A DNA stretch of 64,000 bases, taken from contig NC_087436.1 in assembly GCF_036321535.1 (NCBI RefSeq), forward strand, positions 64,730,001 through 64,794,000, given 5' to 3'. This stretch comes from Camelus dromedarius. Taxonomy: Eukaryota. This document shows, piece by piece, positions 24,303-38,090 of the stretch; position 1 is the stretch's first letter; every line of letters starts with the position of its first letter. The position numbers and the translations under genes are program-made. The notes under the pieces were generated by a model. That model saw only the letters and a program-made list of their open reading frames with translations. It searched no databases and had not been told where the DNA came from.

Positions 24303-27300
24303 CAACTGATTGAGATTTAGAGGATATTGTATTGATGTATGTACTATATGATTAATTATTCCTTTTCATTTTTCTCGCCTTTCTTTCCTTCTGTTTTCAA
24401 TATATAAGCTTTGCTAATCCTCTGTGGCCCAAATGAGCCATGCAAAAGAAATCAATCTGCCTAGATGAATAGACTAAGCACAAAATTATACAGTTTTTGC
24501 AGACAAAATAATCCAGAAAAAATGGGATGGGCATGTTTATGTTGGCTGAAATAAGATGCATAACTTACTTTCAAGCAGGTTAATGTATAGGTTACTATGT
24601 GCTTATTTATAAACCAGCTGCAGTCACACTGCTTATTATGAAAGTCAGCTTCAGTCATAGAAAAATTTGAGTATTGAATTGGGGAAGGGTGGATCATATG
24701 TTTTTCCTCCCTTATAAGCTTCACTTTGTTGTTGGAAATTTAAATTCACTCAATTGGCTAAAAGCTGCAAGAATCATGGCAAAGAGAATATTCATTTTAT
24801 ACAGATAGTATAAGACACTTCTATGATTATTTTTCTGTTGTTCTATATATGGATAAAATGGGAGGGAAAAAGTCCTTTCAAAGAAACTTTCTGGATCTCC
24901 AGTTACTGAAGAATCTTTACCAGCAGTGTCCAAGCATGGAGACCCTCATGGGGCAAAGTTAGAATGAATTTGCCAAATTATAATTTCTCTTATATTATGT
25001 GGGATCTTGGCAGTTTCTTTTTCTTTATTTTTTCTAAAAATCCAAACACCATCCATCTATAAATTAATTTCTTAAATTAAGATGAGAAGGAGTAGTTTAG
25101 AGAATAACCAGTAATCTACATAGACAGTTTTAAAATATTTGACAAAAGAAAAACTTCCAAGCAGGGCCAGAGTACATCATAACCTTAATATCACCGCAAA
25201 ATATCTTATGTATCATTCCTTTTTAGTCACTTGACATAAGTATTTTTTAAGTCTACAGTGTTTGGGTTTTTTTTTTTTTTAAGTTACAGGAGAACCACAA
25301 GCTTTAATAGTAATAGGTTTTCTCATACTACATATGGCAATATTAGCGCTGAAAGGTGGGTTAGCCTGTCTGTTACATAGAAGACATTTGGTAATGAAAG
25401 AATCCTTTTTTAGACAAGTTTACGGTAACTTCAGAAACACAAACGTAGTCTGTGGATTATAAATACTTATATGCTTGTTTTGCCAATCCAACAGTAATCT
25501 GTATGGAAGCAGCTCCATCAATAAGAAGTTAGTTTCACAGAACAATGGGGAAACTACCTCAGTTCAGCTTGCTGATGCTGCCGATTCTGATTTTCTGATA
25601 CTGCTACCTCCCTGCCCATTATCTTTTATGTTTCATTATATGGAAAGTTGAAGCAGATAGCGTCCCCAGCTCTCCATAGTCCACGCTGAAGAAAATCACC
25701 TGAATGCATAAACTGGTGCAGAAAGCCATTCAGTCCTGTCAATTACTACTACGGTCTTACATCAGGATGAAAGGGTGAGATTTTTTTTAACTCGCATGCA
25801 TCATAATTGGTGTGCTTTCAGAGAGACTTATGATCCTAAAGATTTTCACAGGAAGAGATTGTTCCCCCAAGTTCAGTGTGACTATAATGAAAACAGAACA
25901 GTGGACAAAAAAGTTAATTAGGTATACATTTCAACAGAAATCTGTGCATACCTAACATGTATTGATGTCCTTTTTACACTAGCAAGGATTGATTTCCTGA
26001 ACTTGAATCTGTTTCACATGCGTTTTCATGTGCAGCAATAGATAAACTAATAATTTAAAAATTTTCTTGTTTTTACCATCTTTGATTGACTATATTTTCA
26101 ATACCCTGGGACATTGATGACTTACTTATTTGCATATTTCTGATGTGTTTATCTGATTTTCCGTTAAGAAGTAAACTTTCATCAAATATACTATTCATAT
26201 ATAGCACGTTATTTGAATAGAAAAGTTATGCCAATGAAACAAACAAGTTGTTATTTCCAAGTAAAATAATATTTTCATAACATTTTACACTTGAAACCTC
26301 TTTTCCTCTTTGAGGTCTATTTCACATGATACTTTATCAGGACACTAGCTAACAGACCTCATGTTTAGTTGATTCAGAAACTGCTGGATTGTTGCACAGC
26401 CCATGTTTCTAATTGATAGTATTTATGGAGAAAGCTAAATTTTGTGAAGGAGAAATAGGCTAGAATTTCAATTAATTTTTTTCAGCAGCCCTTTTTGTTT
26501 CTACTCTATTAAAATTAAAAATACTATAGTTGAATAATAAATTGCCATGCTAAAATAATCATAATGACAAAAAAGAACTGACATGAGAACAATTATCTTG
26601 AAATAAAAAGTCTGGAAAATGTAGTAATCAAATGCAGATAATGGAAACCCCTTAACTTCCTGTAATACAAATTCACAATGGCTCTTAAATTAAAATGTAG
26701 TTTTAAAAATCCCCATTAATCTAAAAATGTTGACGTAGTGATGAAAGGTCTTTAAGATTTTATTTTTTAATTTTTCAATATTAACTTGGTATGACAAAAG
26801 TTTCATAATAATGGAGATAAACATATAGTGAATTAGTAATATTTATGAAGGATCCGTAGACTTAAATTTAGGCACTATCTTCAGCTTTTTCCCCACATGT
26901 GTTCAAACCCATTGACTAGTTTGTTTACTTAAAAAAAAAAAAACATTAAAAACTTCAAGGTCCAATTTTCTGCTTTATTACTGAAACCAAAAGGGAGAGG
27001 GAAATATTCTTCTGGGTTGTCTAAAGATCAACTTCAAACTAATCAATTATTGCCTCCTATTAGTGAAAGAATAATTCACTTTTAGAAGCTGTCCGTCAGT
27101 ATGGTACCAAAGTACCACTGCTGTGGGGCATTTTTCAAAAACCAAAAACTACTCTGCAGTCAATTCAAATAGAGAAATTTCGAGAGAGAGGAAAGAAAGA
27201 ACCCAACCCCTAATTTGATTTTGAGCAATTCTGAAAATACTGTCAAGAATGTCTTCTTCTCTAACAAAAATATTTGAGATAAAATAACAATATATATTTC

Positions 27301-30072
27301 CTTCCCAGTATATCATAGTATCAAGCTCTTAAGAATTAATTAGTTCATGTTTAGTAATTCATAATTATAACTCACCACATAAATAATTATTATGCATTTT
27401 AAGTAATACTTTAAATATATCTTATGTTATATTTCTGCACATCAATACATCAGCAACATGGAAGCACAAGAGTGAAGCAGCAATGTTGCGAAATAGCTTA
27501 TGGAAACATTCTTATGCTAATGGGTTCTACATGAGATGCTTCTTTGAGTTCATAAAATAGATTCGATGGATCCCAACTGTAAATTCAACTCTGTAATCAG
27601 CAAGTAGGTCCTTTACCCGTCTGAAAAATATTGCTAAATATCTAAATTTTCATGTCAGACTAGAAGCTAAAGTGTTGGTAGCTGCTTATTTCCTGCTTAG
27701 GCCGTAAGAGGAATATTTCCTATTTACTAGTTAACCTGACTACTTCCTCTCTGCTTTAAAAGGGAAATCAGTCTTCAGCTTTCACCTGTGCACAGACTCA
27801 CATACCCCATTCTTTTCATTTACAGCTTACAGAGCAAATAGCTTGTTCACAATATTGCGAACTTTGTGATTTTTTTCAATAAAACCGGTAGTTATTATGA
27901 TTTTGTGTATTCTCATTTGAAATAAAGTTACTGTTACTCCCTCTTTTCAAAAAAATTAAGTTAACCTTCTTTAACATCTAACACCTTTAAGTTCTTATTC
28001 AAATGTCTTGATTTCAGCTATTTTGATATTTCTTTTTCTCTCTAAACAGTATGTCATGCAAATTTTTCTTAGTTTGTGTCCCATTAGAAAACTTTAAAGG
28101 TAAATAGAAACTATGATGTTTAAGAAGGCATGTGAAAGGAGAACTTTTATATGAAGAAGTCAAGAAAGGCAATACAAGAAAAAAACCTCTAATGGGGTAA
28201 TGAAGATTCCCATCATGATATGAACAGAAGAACAGAACCAAACTGGCAAATTTATGGTGAGGTAGCTGGACCTCAATTAGAGATACAGAGATAAATTATC
28301 CAGGAAAAATAATGAAATTACTTAGAGTGATAAAAACCTTACATATTGTACCAAATGCTATTGATGTGTTGAAAAAAATGAAATTGAAGTTTATCATATT
28401 ATAATTTTAACCCGCTGTTTCCACAGGAAATACTGAACACTTTTAACATTCTTTATATATTTCTTGTCTAGCTACACCTTGTCTCAAGGAAACATGACTA
28501 TTTTATAAATGTTTCTTAAATATTAGTATTTTTGCCTCAATTCACTTTCACGCTCTAACCTGCTTACTCTATTGTACGCCAACACAGTTAATGCTACGAG
28601 TAGATTTGTACCTTTTAGGGCTTTATTATGACTCTAATAAACATGAAATTAATATTAAATTGGAATTATGTACATTGTACAAAATAATTCATAACCAAAC
28701 AATATTCATATTATAGGATAATTCATTATATATATGAATATTACTTTGAGACTGAACAAATAATTACACTGCTGAAAGTATTACTCTCAAGTTCTTCTCT
28801 CTCTTCAATTACTGTAGTCAATTCATAAAATTCTGCAGACAGTTGTACACATGACATGTTATCAAGGTACTCCATAATCCAAATGTGTCTACAAGTTTTC
28901 CCAATGCTTCTTTCATTCTAGAGTGCTAAAGGAAAGACCTTGAAAAGAAGAGGAAAGTAAAGCTGACTTCTAAGGATCTAACTTAGGTAAACATTGTCAT
29001 TCAGTATGAATAATTTTGAAATGAGAAGGTCCCAACTCTGTGCTCTGAGGGAGAGGTTATTAAAGATTTACAGTTAGTCCAACATTGGAGGATTTTAAAT
29101 TTTAAAGGAGTTAAGTTTGTCTCAATGGCCCAAGACTGCAGGATTTCACAATACACTGGCGAGGAAATATGTTCAAAATCCATACCCACACTAGCTTTTT
29201 AAAAGTGAAAATTTTCTCAGATTCTTCTGTAGGTGAAACTGGCAAAACAGTCCTGGCTTCAAAAGTGAAATGTATTGGTTGACCTCAAAAAGTGTTTGGC
29301 AAAATTCATGAATGTCAATTGACTCTTTAATAGTAGGTAGGGTCTTTGGGGATGGAACTCAGGCTATAGTGAGCAGGACAGTGTCCTCTCATGTTGACCG
29401 CTGCCTTGTCCTCTAGAGCATTGTTTAATGCCTTGGATTTCAACTTGTCACAGTGTCTTATGTTCTGAATGACATTATGAATCAGGAGAGATGAGGGAAA
29501 AACATTCAAAGTTGGTTTTCATGCCTCATTTGAAAAAGATTTTCTTTACCATCCTAAGTAATAAAAGGTGATTTGTCTTGAAACAGCCATGGACAATCAG
29601 AATGTATTCATTTATAAACAAGACTTCTTTGTATGTTCTAACACTGATCTTTGCCTATGAACGACAAAGTCAGAAACTGTAGAGTCAGCTTGACTTCCCT
29701 TAATGGCCTCTGTGAATGTGTTGGAAAGAGGAAACATAATTTGGAAAAGATTTTCATCCTGCTTTCCTACTTGCCAAGCATTAAATCTAATTCAAAATAC
29801 ATCTTTTTAAAAAAGGACAGTTTATTTTAAAAACCAACAACTAATTGAGCTATTTCTCATTGATAAGGAAAGTTACTTTTTAGGAACAAGAATATAGTTA
29901 TCGCAGGTTTTGGGTTCTTACATTCTCATATATTTACACAAGGCATTGATCTTATCATATACCCACAAAAATTTAATCTATCGGATTTTTTTCCCTTGTA
30001 CAACTTTTCCAACCTTTTTTTCCCCTTAAATGCTCTGTACAATCACGTGTAAAGTTATGAGCTACAAACCTC

Positions 30073-30078
30073 AATAAA
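30073..30078 (+). terminator. Probable distal poly(A) signal
   Basis: AATAAA preceded by three TGTA (CFIm-type) motifs within 80 nt, near the end of the repeat-poor zone. Confidence 0.55.
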
Positions 30079-30769
30079 AAATATCAGTAAACAATAAGTG
30101 ATGTAGTCCCTCTTATTATATGGTAGTACCCAAACTTTGGTTTGGAGACAGTGTTTCAAACGGCAGGAAAATAATTGAAACATAGACACCTAATATATTT
30201 TCTTACTATCCCCATACCCTACATCCTCCTCTTCACATGTTGGAAGTAAAATGTGAGGCATTCTTCTTTATATTTTCAGAGAACTGCTGCCACCCCAGGT
30301 ATCTGTAAGTCTACTTGTTCTTTCTAGGAAGAGAGGAAGTTAAATTAAGAACTTAATGTTTGCTTTTAAAGTTTGCCAGTGATGTGATATAATGTAGTCT
30401 TAAATCTGCTGCCTGATCAACTTACTTCTCCTCATCTCAAACTGGAAGTAGGAGAGTCAGTCACCAGTGGTCTAAAGGAGAGTTTGGGCTCTGCGCTGTG
30501 ATGTGCATTCTTCTTTTGAATAAAGGGCCCAACAAATATTTGTTTATGTTGTAGATCACAAGGATAGACATTATATAATCATCATTCGGTACTTTCAAGG
30601 ATTCTGATTATTTTACTAACTCTTAGCATCAGTAAAATGAGTACAAATATCAGCTGGAGAAATCTAACTTAGATGTCTCTACTCTATAATATTGAAAATA
30701 CATTTTCATAAGAACTATTCTGAAAAGGAAATGGAGAGAAATCCCTAGCTCCTGAGTACCTCGTTTGTG

Positions 30770-30930
30770 TCTGACACTTTGCATTGCCTCATTGAATCTT
30801 TCCAGTCCTATGGTGAGATGGATTTTTTCATATTTGCTTTATGAAGGAAATGGAAGTTCAGATCTCATAGTCACAGAGCCAGTGAGTTCTGAACCAAAAT
30901 CTCTCAGTCTAAAGTCCATTTTATTCTTTT
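30770..30930 (-). mobile_element. MIR fragment
   Basis: cctcattgaatctttccagtcctatggtgagatgg...tgaaggaaatggaagttcaga...gtcacagagccagtgag resembles antisense MIR. Confidence 0.6.
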
Positions 30931-31289
30931 TTAACCATGTTGCACTGCATCAACTAAATGATTAGTTGAAAAGAAGTTAACCCATCCCCTCTCATTTAAA
31001 TAAAGGGAGTAAAAAAACATGGAGCCTGCTTTTAAGGAGCTCAAAGTGGATTCCATTTTTGCAGACAACTGAGAGAAAGAGAGAGAAGTGTCACTGATTC
31101 TATACCTTTGAACAAATTACTTTTCTAACAATAGGGCTTCTCATCTGTAAAGTAAATACAATACCTAATTTGCATGTGATACATAAGGTGCTATTTTGTG
31201 TGATACACACAAAATCCTCAAGAAAATTCTTAAACTGATTTTTAGTTAATACTAAATAGACTCCGTGTGTGTTGTTTTTCAGCAGGTCT

Positions 31290-31512
31290 CATTTAATGAA
31301 AAAAATGTTTTTGAGTTTAAATATATTTGGGAGATAAGCTAAACAAAGTAAAATAGCTTTTTTATTATAAGAATTCAGAGAATGCCCTGAAAAGTCTAAG
31401 AGAAGTATACATTGGGCTGTTTCCTAAATTTATTTGGCCCTGAAATCAAGAAATCTGAAGAGCAATAATTTAAAACTATTAACCCATGGAACTCAGTTTG
31501 GAAAGCACTGCC
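31290..31512. mobile_element. Old hAT/Charlie-type DNA transposon remnant
   Basis: Ends catggaactcagtttggaaagcactg, a hAT-like terminus; resembles 39912-40070 in the opposite orientation. Confidence 0.4.
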
Positions 31513-31844
31513 CAAAATATTTTTGTTACAACTGAGTTCCCCTGCCCGGCCCCCAAGTATTTTACGTCAATGAAATGCTGGAGGTATGACTCCTTCAATA
31601 TTAATTGAGTTTATAATTCATGATAAAATGTTATAAAAGTATCTTTACTAAATGTCTAGTCCCAATCTTTAGGTGGACAAAGAGTAATTAATAATATGAT
31701 GCCATTTCTGCCCTAATCATAGAATCCCTTTGTTTTAGTATAGCTTGCTGTCTTCTAATACCAAATAGCCATTTGGTTACAGCAACTGGAGACAAAGAGT
31801 TTTCACTCAACAATTATGTTTCTCACTTATAAAGTGCAATGTGT

Positions 31845-31945
31845 TACAGGAGGCCCTTGTTAAAATGCAAGTTTTGATTTGTTTAGTCTTGGGGTGGGTC
31901 TGAGAGTCTGCATTTCAGACAAGCTCTCAAGGCTGCCTGTGTGGC
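31845..31945. mobile_element. MER5A-like DNA transposon fragment
   Basis: cttgttaaaatgcaag...ggggtgggtctgagagtctgcatttcagacaagctctc. Confidence 0.7.
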
Positions 31946-33715
31946 TGTGCCCCTAGTACCAAGGCCCTTAGACTGTCTGCCTCTTCTTCAGAAACACACT
32001 GTGCCTTGCTATCAGGATTTTTTCCCCCTAAGTGGTTCTTTTCAGATACTAGGGAATATATTATAGGAAAGAAGAAACAGATTTTTTAGATTGTGTTCAA
32101 TTTTACCGAGAGAGAGATTTGTTCATATTTTTGGATATATATACAGAGTGGATTCTCAAAATTGGTAATAAATGCAGCAGTACTGAAGCTGGAGCCGTTA
32201 CTTTTCTACTACACAACTTTAGGCTAAAAATGACACAGGAATGGGGGAGACTCTGTGTGTGTCTGTGTGTAACTGCATATATATGTGTAATTGCATATAT
32301 ATGTAAAACAAGACACATAGCCGTTGTTTATTATGAAAGATCTTAGTAAAGTGGTACTTTCCTCCTAAACACTTATCTGAAACACACTAGAAATAGTTAT
32401 TAGAGAAATTTCAACTGAATTTTTTGAGTATGTAAAAGATCTATGTGTTGCAATTGGAGATACTTGCTAGTCTTCCATTTGTAGGTACAGTGGTGATTAA
32501 TCACATGGTTGGTGGAAAATAGATATGGCAAAAGGTGGAAAATGAAGGAATGCCCAGAAAGTAACATCATTTTGAATTTTATACGTATATTTCTAAAAAT
32601 ATCAGTTATAATTTTTTATTTAATTGCAGTTCTAGAAAGTTTATTGCCAGTGAAGAATCTTCTCTGAGTAGAATATCTAATTAGAGAAAATTCAGCTCAC
32701 TTTTCTCTATTTTCCTAAGATGCTTCACCAGGATTTACTGTCAGTCTCAGGAGCAGAAAATAATAAATAATAAATGTCTTATCTAGAAGTACCAAGGATG
32801 TTCATGTGTAATAAACTCTGAAGTATTTATTTGTAAATTGAAATTAAAAAATCTTGTTCCTATTGGTGATTGTATGTTAAGAGTGTCAAAACCCATGATG
32901 GTATTGAACAAAAATTTCTGAGTAATTATGAACTAGATAATCCTTATAATGAACATGATCTTTCAGATAATCACAGGTCTCCAAAAATAAGACTCATGTC
33001 TGAATCTCCAAAATATTAATTATCTTTATATTTCCAACTGGGGGAAAAAAGCTCACTAAACCCTTTTATTTTGATCTTGATAGCCATGATTTTCTTATAT
33101 AGAATGTAAAAGCATGTATTTTATATGTAGTATATAACTTTAATCCCACCAAGGGAATCATATTCCAAAAGTAACAGTTGTTTTTAAATGTTGGGGAAAA
33201 AGATGTGGTCATGTTAAAATATAAGCCCCTTGTCTTGCACTTTATACATCTTAAAGCTAATAATTTCTCATGCTCTTAGAAAGTCTTTACCATTCTACTG
33301 TAACTGATGAAAATGGAATTTCATTAATTTTGTTATTGCAGAAAAACACACTAAGAAGAAATAGATTCAAACTGAAAAAAGAATACCAACTTTCTTTTTA
33401 AGCATGGTCTTTTGTTTTTAATTTTCATTCTGAAGTGTAACATGCCATTTTTCTAAAATCTGAAATTTTAAAATTAATTGTTTTATAATTGTAAACTATG
33501 TATACATAAATTGTCTAAAAGGTTAAAATAATAACTAATGATATTTGGTTTTGAATATGCAAGCTGGAATATATTCAAGATGAGGAGTCAAGACTAATTC
33601 AAATCCATATCAAACATAGTAATTGTGTTACATTTTATTTACTTAGTTTGAAGATGATTAAACTTATGTTGCTATTTTCATGTGTTCTTGTGAGGATCAG
33701 TATAATAGTTAACTT

Positions 33716-33900
33716 AGTATTTCTCAGCCCTGGCCTCAGTTAAAATCACCTAGGATGTATTTAAACAAATAAATAAATAAAAAGCCCATCCCTACCCCAC
33801 TATATAGCAGTTACATCGGAATCTCTGGGTGATGTCCAGGTATAAGTTAGTCTTAAAAGCCCAAAGGTATATAATGTGTAGTTTGAACTGTGAATCACAA
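33716..33900. mobile_element. MER5-family DNA transposon
   Basis: agtatttctcagccctggc...aaaatcacctagg...atcggaatctctggg...tgtgaatcac. Confidence 0.6.
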
Positions 33901-35589
33901 AGTAAACTTTAGTAAAAATTGGATAAGTATTTGCATTAATCATGTTTAAATATTCTCAAAATATTATAAAACTTTTCCTAAAGCAGGAAAGCTGTATAGG
34001 AATGACCAAAACAGAAAATTTATCTTTAGATGAGTCTAGTTAATCAACTGACTATGATGTTCTTCCCAGTTTATAAGATGAATCATATATTGTTTAAATA
34101 AAAATCAACTGGATTATTAAATCATATTTTTCATTATTTAAATCTAGAACCAAAATTCTTGTTCAGAATATCTGGGTTTCTATCACCATTTTCAGGGTCC
34201 ATGAATATTATTATATAGAAAGAAGTCAATTATTCATTTTAAATCTTGCAGAATTCACAGATAAATATCAGGAATTATTTACATGGAACAAAAATCTCTT
34301 CAGATTTTCCCTGGAAATTTGACTATTGTCAGACCATAAATCTACTCGGTATTTAGTACAGTGTCACAGTTGTTCAAAACTCTACTCATTGTAAAAGCGT
34401 AATTCCACAGAATTAGCAGTAAATTGATGAAGGATATTCTTTTTTATTATATAAAATGCATAATAGATAGTAAACAAAGTGTCTTCAATATAATTCCCAG
34501 CTGATATTTAGCTTCTGTTGGCCACCCAATTTACATTCTTCTTTTTAAGTTTTAGTAAACAACTAATACTGATTCCTAAAAGTTTTCTTAAACAGGAACA
34601 GCATGGAGGACTCCATGGAAGGTAAGAGAGAAACCAGTAACCATTCATTAGACAGAAACAACCTCTTCTGTTGGGTTCTCACACCCACTAGTGTTCTCCT
34701 TCGATGGTTAGCAATAATGTGCAGAATGAATACATATAAATTACCTAGCTGCTTAACACATCACTTTAATGGATAAAGTAAAGAGGTGTCAAATAGTTTT
34801 TACTCTATGGCAACTGATCAAATCATAATGCCTGTTTGGAGCACTGTCTTCAGAGGGCTCCATCTAAGTTTACTAAGAAAGAATTCCATGATAAATCATT
34901 TATGTCTACTATGGTCAGGGAAATTTATATGCCATCTCTTATAGACAAGTTATTAATATAGATATTTGACACATTTTAGAAGAATCCAGAGCCCTAACTC
35001 CTTTTTGGTGGTAACTCAACTACCTGAGTTATGTAATGACAGAAAATATTTTACAAGGAGAGCAGAAAAATTATATCATTCATTCCACTTCTTTCTCATG
35101 TTTGCTCTATGTTACTACTGGGTTATGTTTAGAAAGGTTTTCTTTCCCATTATTTTTCACAGAGCTCTACCTAAGCCCTCCTCTCCTCTCTCTGACCAGC
35201 ACCTTCATCTGACCACATCCCTGACCAGTCTCCCTCAGATGCGGACTTAACACCAACTAATCTCACAGAAATAAGAGATCTCTTTTCTTTTAAATTTTTC
35301 CTGTCCATTAATCTCATGTTGGTCTCCCTCTTTTCCCCCTTTTATTTCTACATTTCACAAAAGTCATTTCTATCTTTCTGATTCTTCATTGTACAAATCA
35401 ATAGCATCGTCTCTCACGCAGTCTAGAGATTTACTCATCAGCCAGTCCTTACCTTATTTTCCTTCTTTCTTTCAGTATTTGCAGACCCACCTTTGTCTCA
35501 ACCCTCAATCACATTTTTTTTTCAGGTCATTTTCACACATTTCTTGGACTTCTTTACTCATCACTCTAAGCCATTATGAATAGTGTAAA

Positions 35590-35765
35590 TTCACAGAATT
35601 GCAGGCCTGCAAGAATCCTTGAAGTCATTTAGGTTCAATCCCTTTACTTCACAGATAAGTAAACTGAGGACTTTAGAGAACATGGGATTGTTTAATGTCA
35701 TACCTCATTCATGTTGGAGCTAATTCTTAGACCAAGGTTTCCAGATCAGTACATTTTCTACTATG
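35590..35765 (-). mobile_element. MIR (MIR3/MIRc-like)
   Basis: ccttgaagtcatttaggttcaatccc...acagataagtaaactgagg. Confidence 0.6.
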
Positions 35766-36082
35766 GTTTTTAAAAAATATTTTCCTGGTGAAGCCTTCCT
35801 ACTGCAATATGTCTGCCTCACATGAGATCTAATTTCTCCTCTCTTACTAAAGTATTTTAGGATCCTTTGGTTTTAAATAATAGAACCATAACTCAAGCTT
35901 GCTTAAGCTAAACAAATAAAAAGCATCAAATATTTTAATGGAATTTGTTAACTCATCTAATCATGGAAAAAAAGGGTGAGGCCGAGGCTAATCAGGAACC
36001 AGGACAATGAACACAGTAAAGATTTTCTTTGTATCTTATTTCTGTTTTTCCCTGTGTGATTGATTTTTTTTTTTCCTACTAA

Positions 36083-36335
36083 GAGGCAGTATCTTATGGT
36101 GGTTGAGTTTCCTGACTTTGACTCTAGACTGCCTGAGTTAAAAACCTGCTTCCCCATTTTCTAGGCTTGTGATTATGAGCAAGTTCCTCTCTGCAGCTCA
36201 GTTCCCTCCTCTGTAAAAGGGGGAAAATCCACCCAGTAAGGTTACTGGGATAATAGAGTTACAGGTCGTAAGTTGTTAAAATGTTTAGAACAGTGCCTTA
36301 CACATAATATATGCTTAAGAACTGTTCCCTATTCT
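36083..36335 (+). mobile_element. Near full-length MIR SINE
   Basis: aggcagtatcttatggtggttgag...gactctagactgcctgagtt...ctcagttccctcctctgtaaaaggggg...ttagaacagtgccttacacataa. Confidence 0.8.
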
Positions 36336-37320
36336 TACTGTTGCAGCAGGACAGACGTTTTATAGGCAGACTCATGTTTGGCAGTGGCTTTGGACTGTCA
36401 ATCAAAACAGTTGATGAAAATATGAAAGGGCATTTTAGTCAGAAAAGTCACAAGGAAGGAAGGATTCAGATTTACCATGCTTGGTTCTTACCCTTACCCT
36501 GGACTGATTTTGCTCAGGGGATTATGTATGATTGGAGCAGCCTACATTAACTGTTCATATATCCAAATAGGGCAGCAAAGCCTTACTGGAAGCTGATGTG
36601 AGGGGGATGCTGGACAAACACACTTGGAATGGAACCAGTTCTTACAACGCTGTGTCTTACCTAGTCCATCTGAGACAGGAGCCTTGTAAATGTCACACTT
36701 TCATATCTAAACCATGCTGCACAGCTGACTCACCTTCACTGTTCATGCTTACTCAGTTCTGTTTCTATCTAACCAGTGTAGTGCTCATCAAAAGGAGCTA
36801 TTAAACCCATAACTCAATCAATATTACATTTCCATCAGTTACAATTCACTTCTCTCCTCTCCTTAATAACCCTTAATTGTAAACATTAGAAAAATCAGAA
36901 GTAAATGTTAAGTTCTTCTCACTCTTCTCTTATACCAACGTCCTGAATTTCACTCAGCAAGTCTGAAAATTTCAAGTAGAGAAATACTACTTTTTCTAAA
37001 CACTTACGTGTCCTTGAAAAGATAATTAAATTGGTTTTGATGAAAACTCTTTCTCAATAAAGAGTAGAAATGAAAAAGCTATTAGGTTTAATCCGGGATT
37101 AGCAAGAGATAGCCAGAAAGCTGTTATTCTCACCAAGCCTTGAAGGCTTAGAGCTGAGGGATACACCCCTACCCCATATACACATCTGAATAAAAGAACA
37201 GTTACATTTCAAAGGAACGCTGCCACCAGTCAGAAACAGTCTTTCAGATAAAAATGTAGGGACTTTTACCAAGCTATACCTTGCATTAAAAGCATTTTAT
37301 TTAAATATAAATTGCTGATC

Positions 37321-37358
37321 TTAACTTCCAACACACACACACAAACACACACACACAA
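37321..37358. repeat. Imperfect (CA)n repeat
   Basis: Directly visible acacacacac acaaacacac acacac. Confidence 0.75.
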
Positions 37359-37462
37359 CTATTTGAAGGAAAACTAAGTGAAAAATATACAAATATACAA
37401 TTACAGCAAATTAAAGCGAATCCTATCAGTTTTTCCCCAACTTCACAAAGGAGGAGTACGTA

Positions 37463-38090
37463 TGATACAGGAAAAATGTGGGATGCGAGAGGATGACCAT
37501 GTCTCAAATCCTAGGTGAGTCCCTGAGATGAGCGCCATCAAGTGACAGTTCTTGGTTTTGCACAGGAAAGAATTCAAGAGCGAGCCACAGTGGAGCAAAA
37601 GTAGACTTATTCAGAGAGATACAGACATGCTCTACAGACAGAATGTAGGCTACAGAGAGGCCGTGAAGCATGGGGGTAGGTGTTCAGTTTAAAGTAAAAG
37701 TGGGTACATACTCCATAGACAGATTGTGGGCCGTCTCAGAAGGCAAAAGAAAAGGAGAGGGAGAGAAGGAGGCTCTCCCACCCTACACAGGGTTGTTGGT
37801 TTTCATGGGTTGGGCAACTTCATATGCTGACAAGAGGGAGGATTATTCCAACTACACTGGGGAAGGGGCTGGGATTCCCAGGAATTGGGCCATCACCCAC
37901 TTTTTGACTTTTTCATGGTCAGTCTCGGAACTGTCATGGCACCTGTGGAAGTGCCATTTAGCAGCTATTGTATGAGGGTGAGGATATGGAAGTTCAGGTT
38001 CTACTGGGAGTTGAATCCTTTGCCATCTTGGTGCTAACTGCTGTGTCATTCTTTTAATGGTTGTGCCCTGCCCCCTTCGCTCCTGTCTCA
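37463..38090 (-). mobile_element. ERV1-class solo LTR, 628 bp
   Basis: TG...CA termini with inverted repeats TGATACAGGA / TCCTGTCTCA. Flanks CGTA / TGTA form a 4-bp TSD with one CpG-type change. Internal caggaaagaattcaagagcgagcc is typical of antisense ERV1 U5. GC-richer than flanks. Confidence 0.85.

Larger units (their letters stand above)
22732..30100 (+). other. ADGRL3: ADGRL3 3'UTR (proximal form to about 24.33 kb; probable extended form to about 30.1 kb)
   Basis: Follows the stop codon. U-rich, with no transposon I can recognise until about 30.7 kb and several AATAAA sites. The distal end is inferred. Confidence 0.6.

Noticed and set aside
32268..32303. Two-copy 18-bp tandem repeat (tgtaaYtgcatatatatg)
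   Set aside because: Ordinary local duplication in low-complexity sequence.
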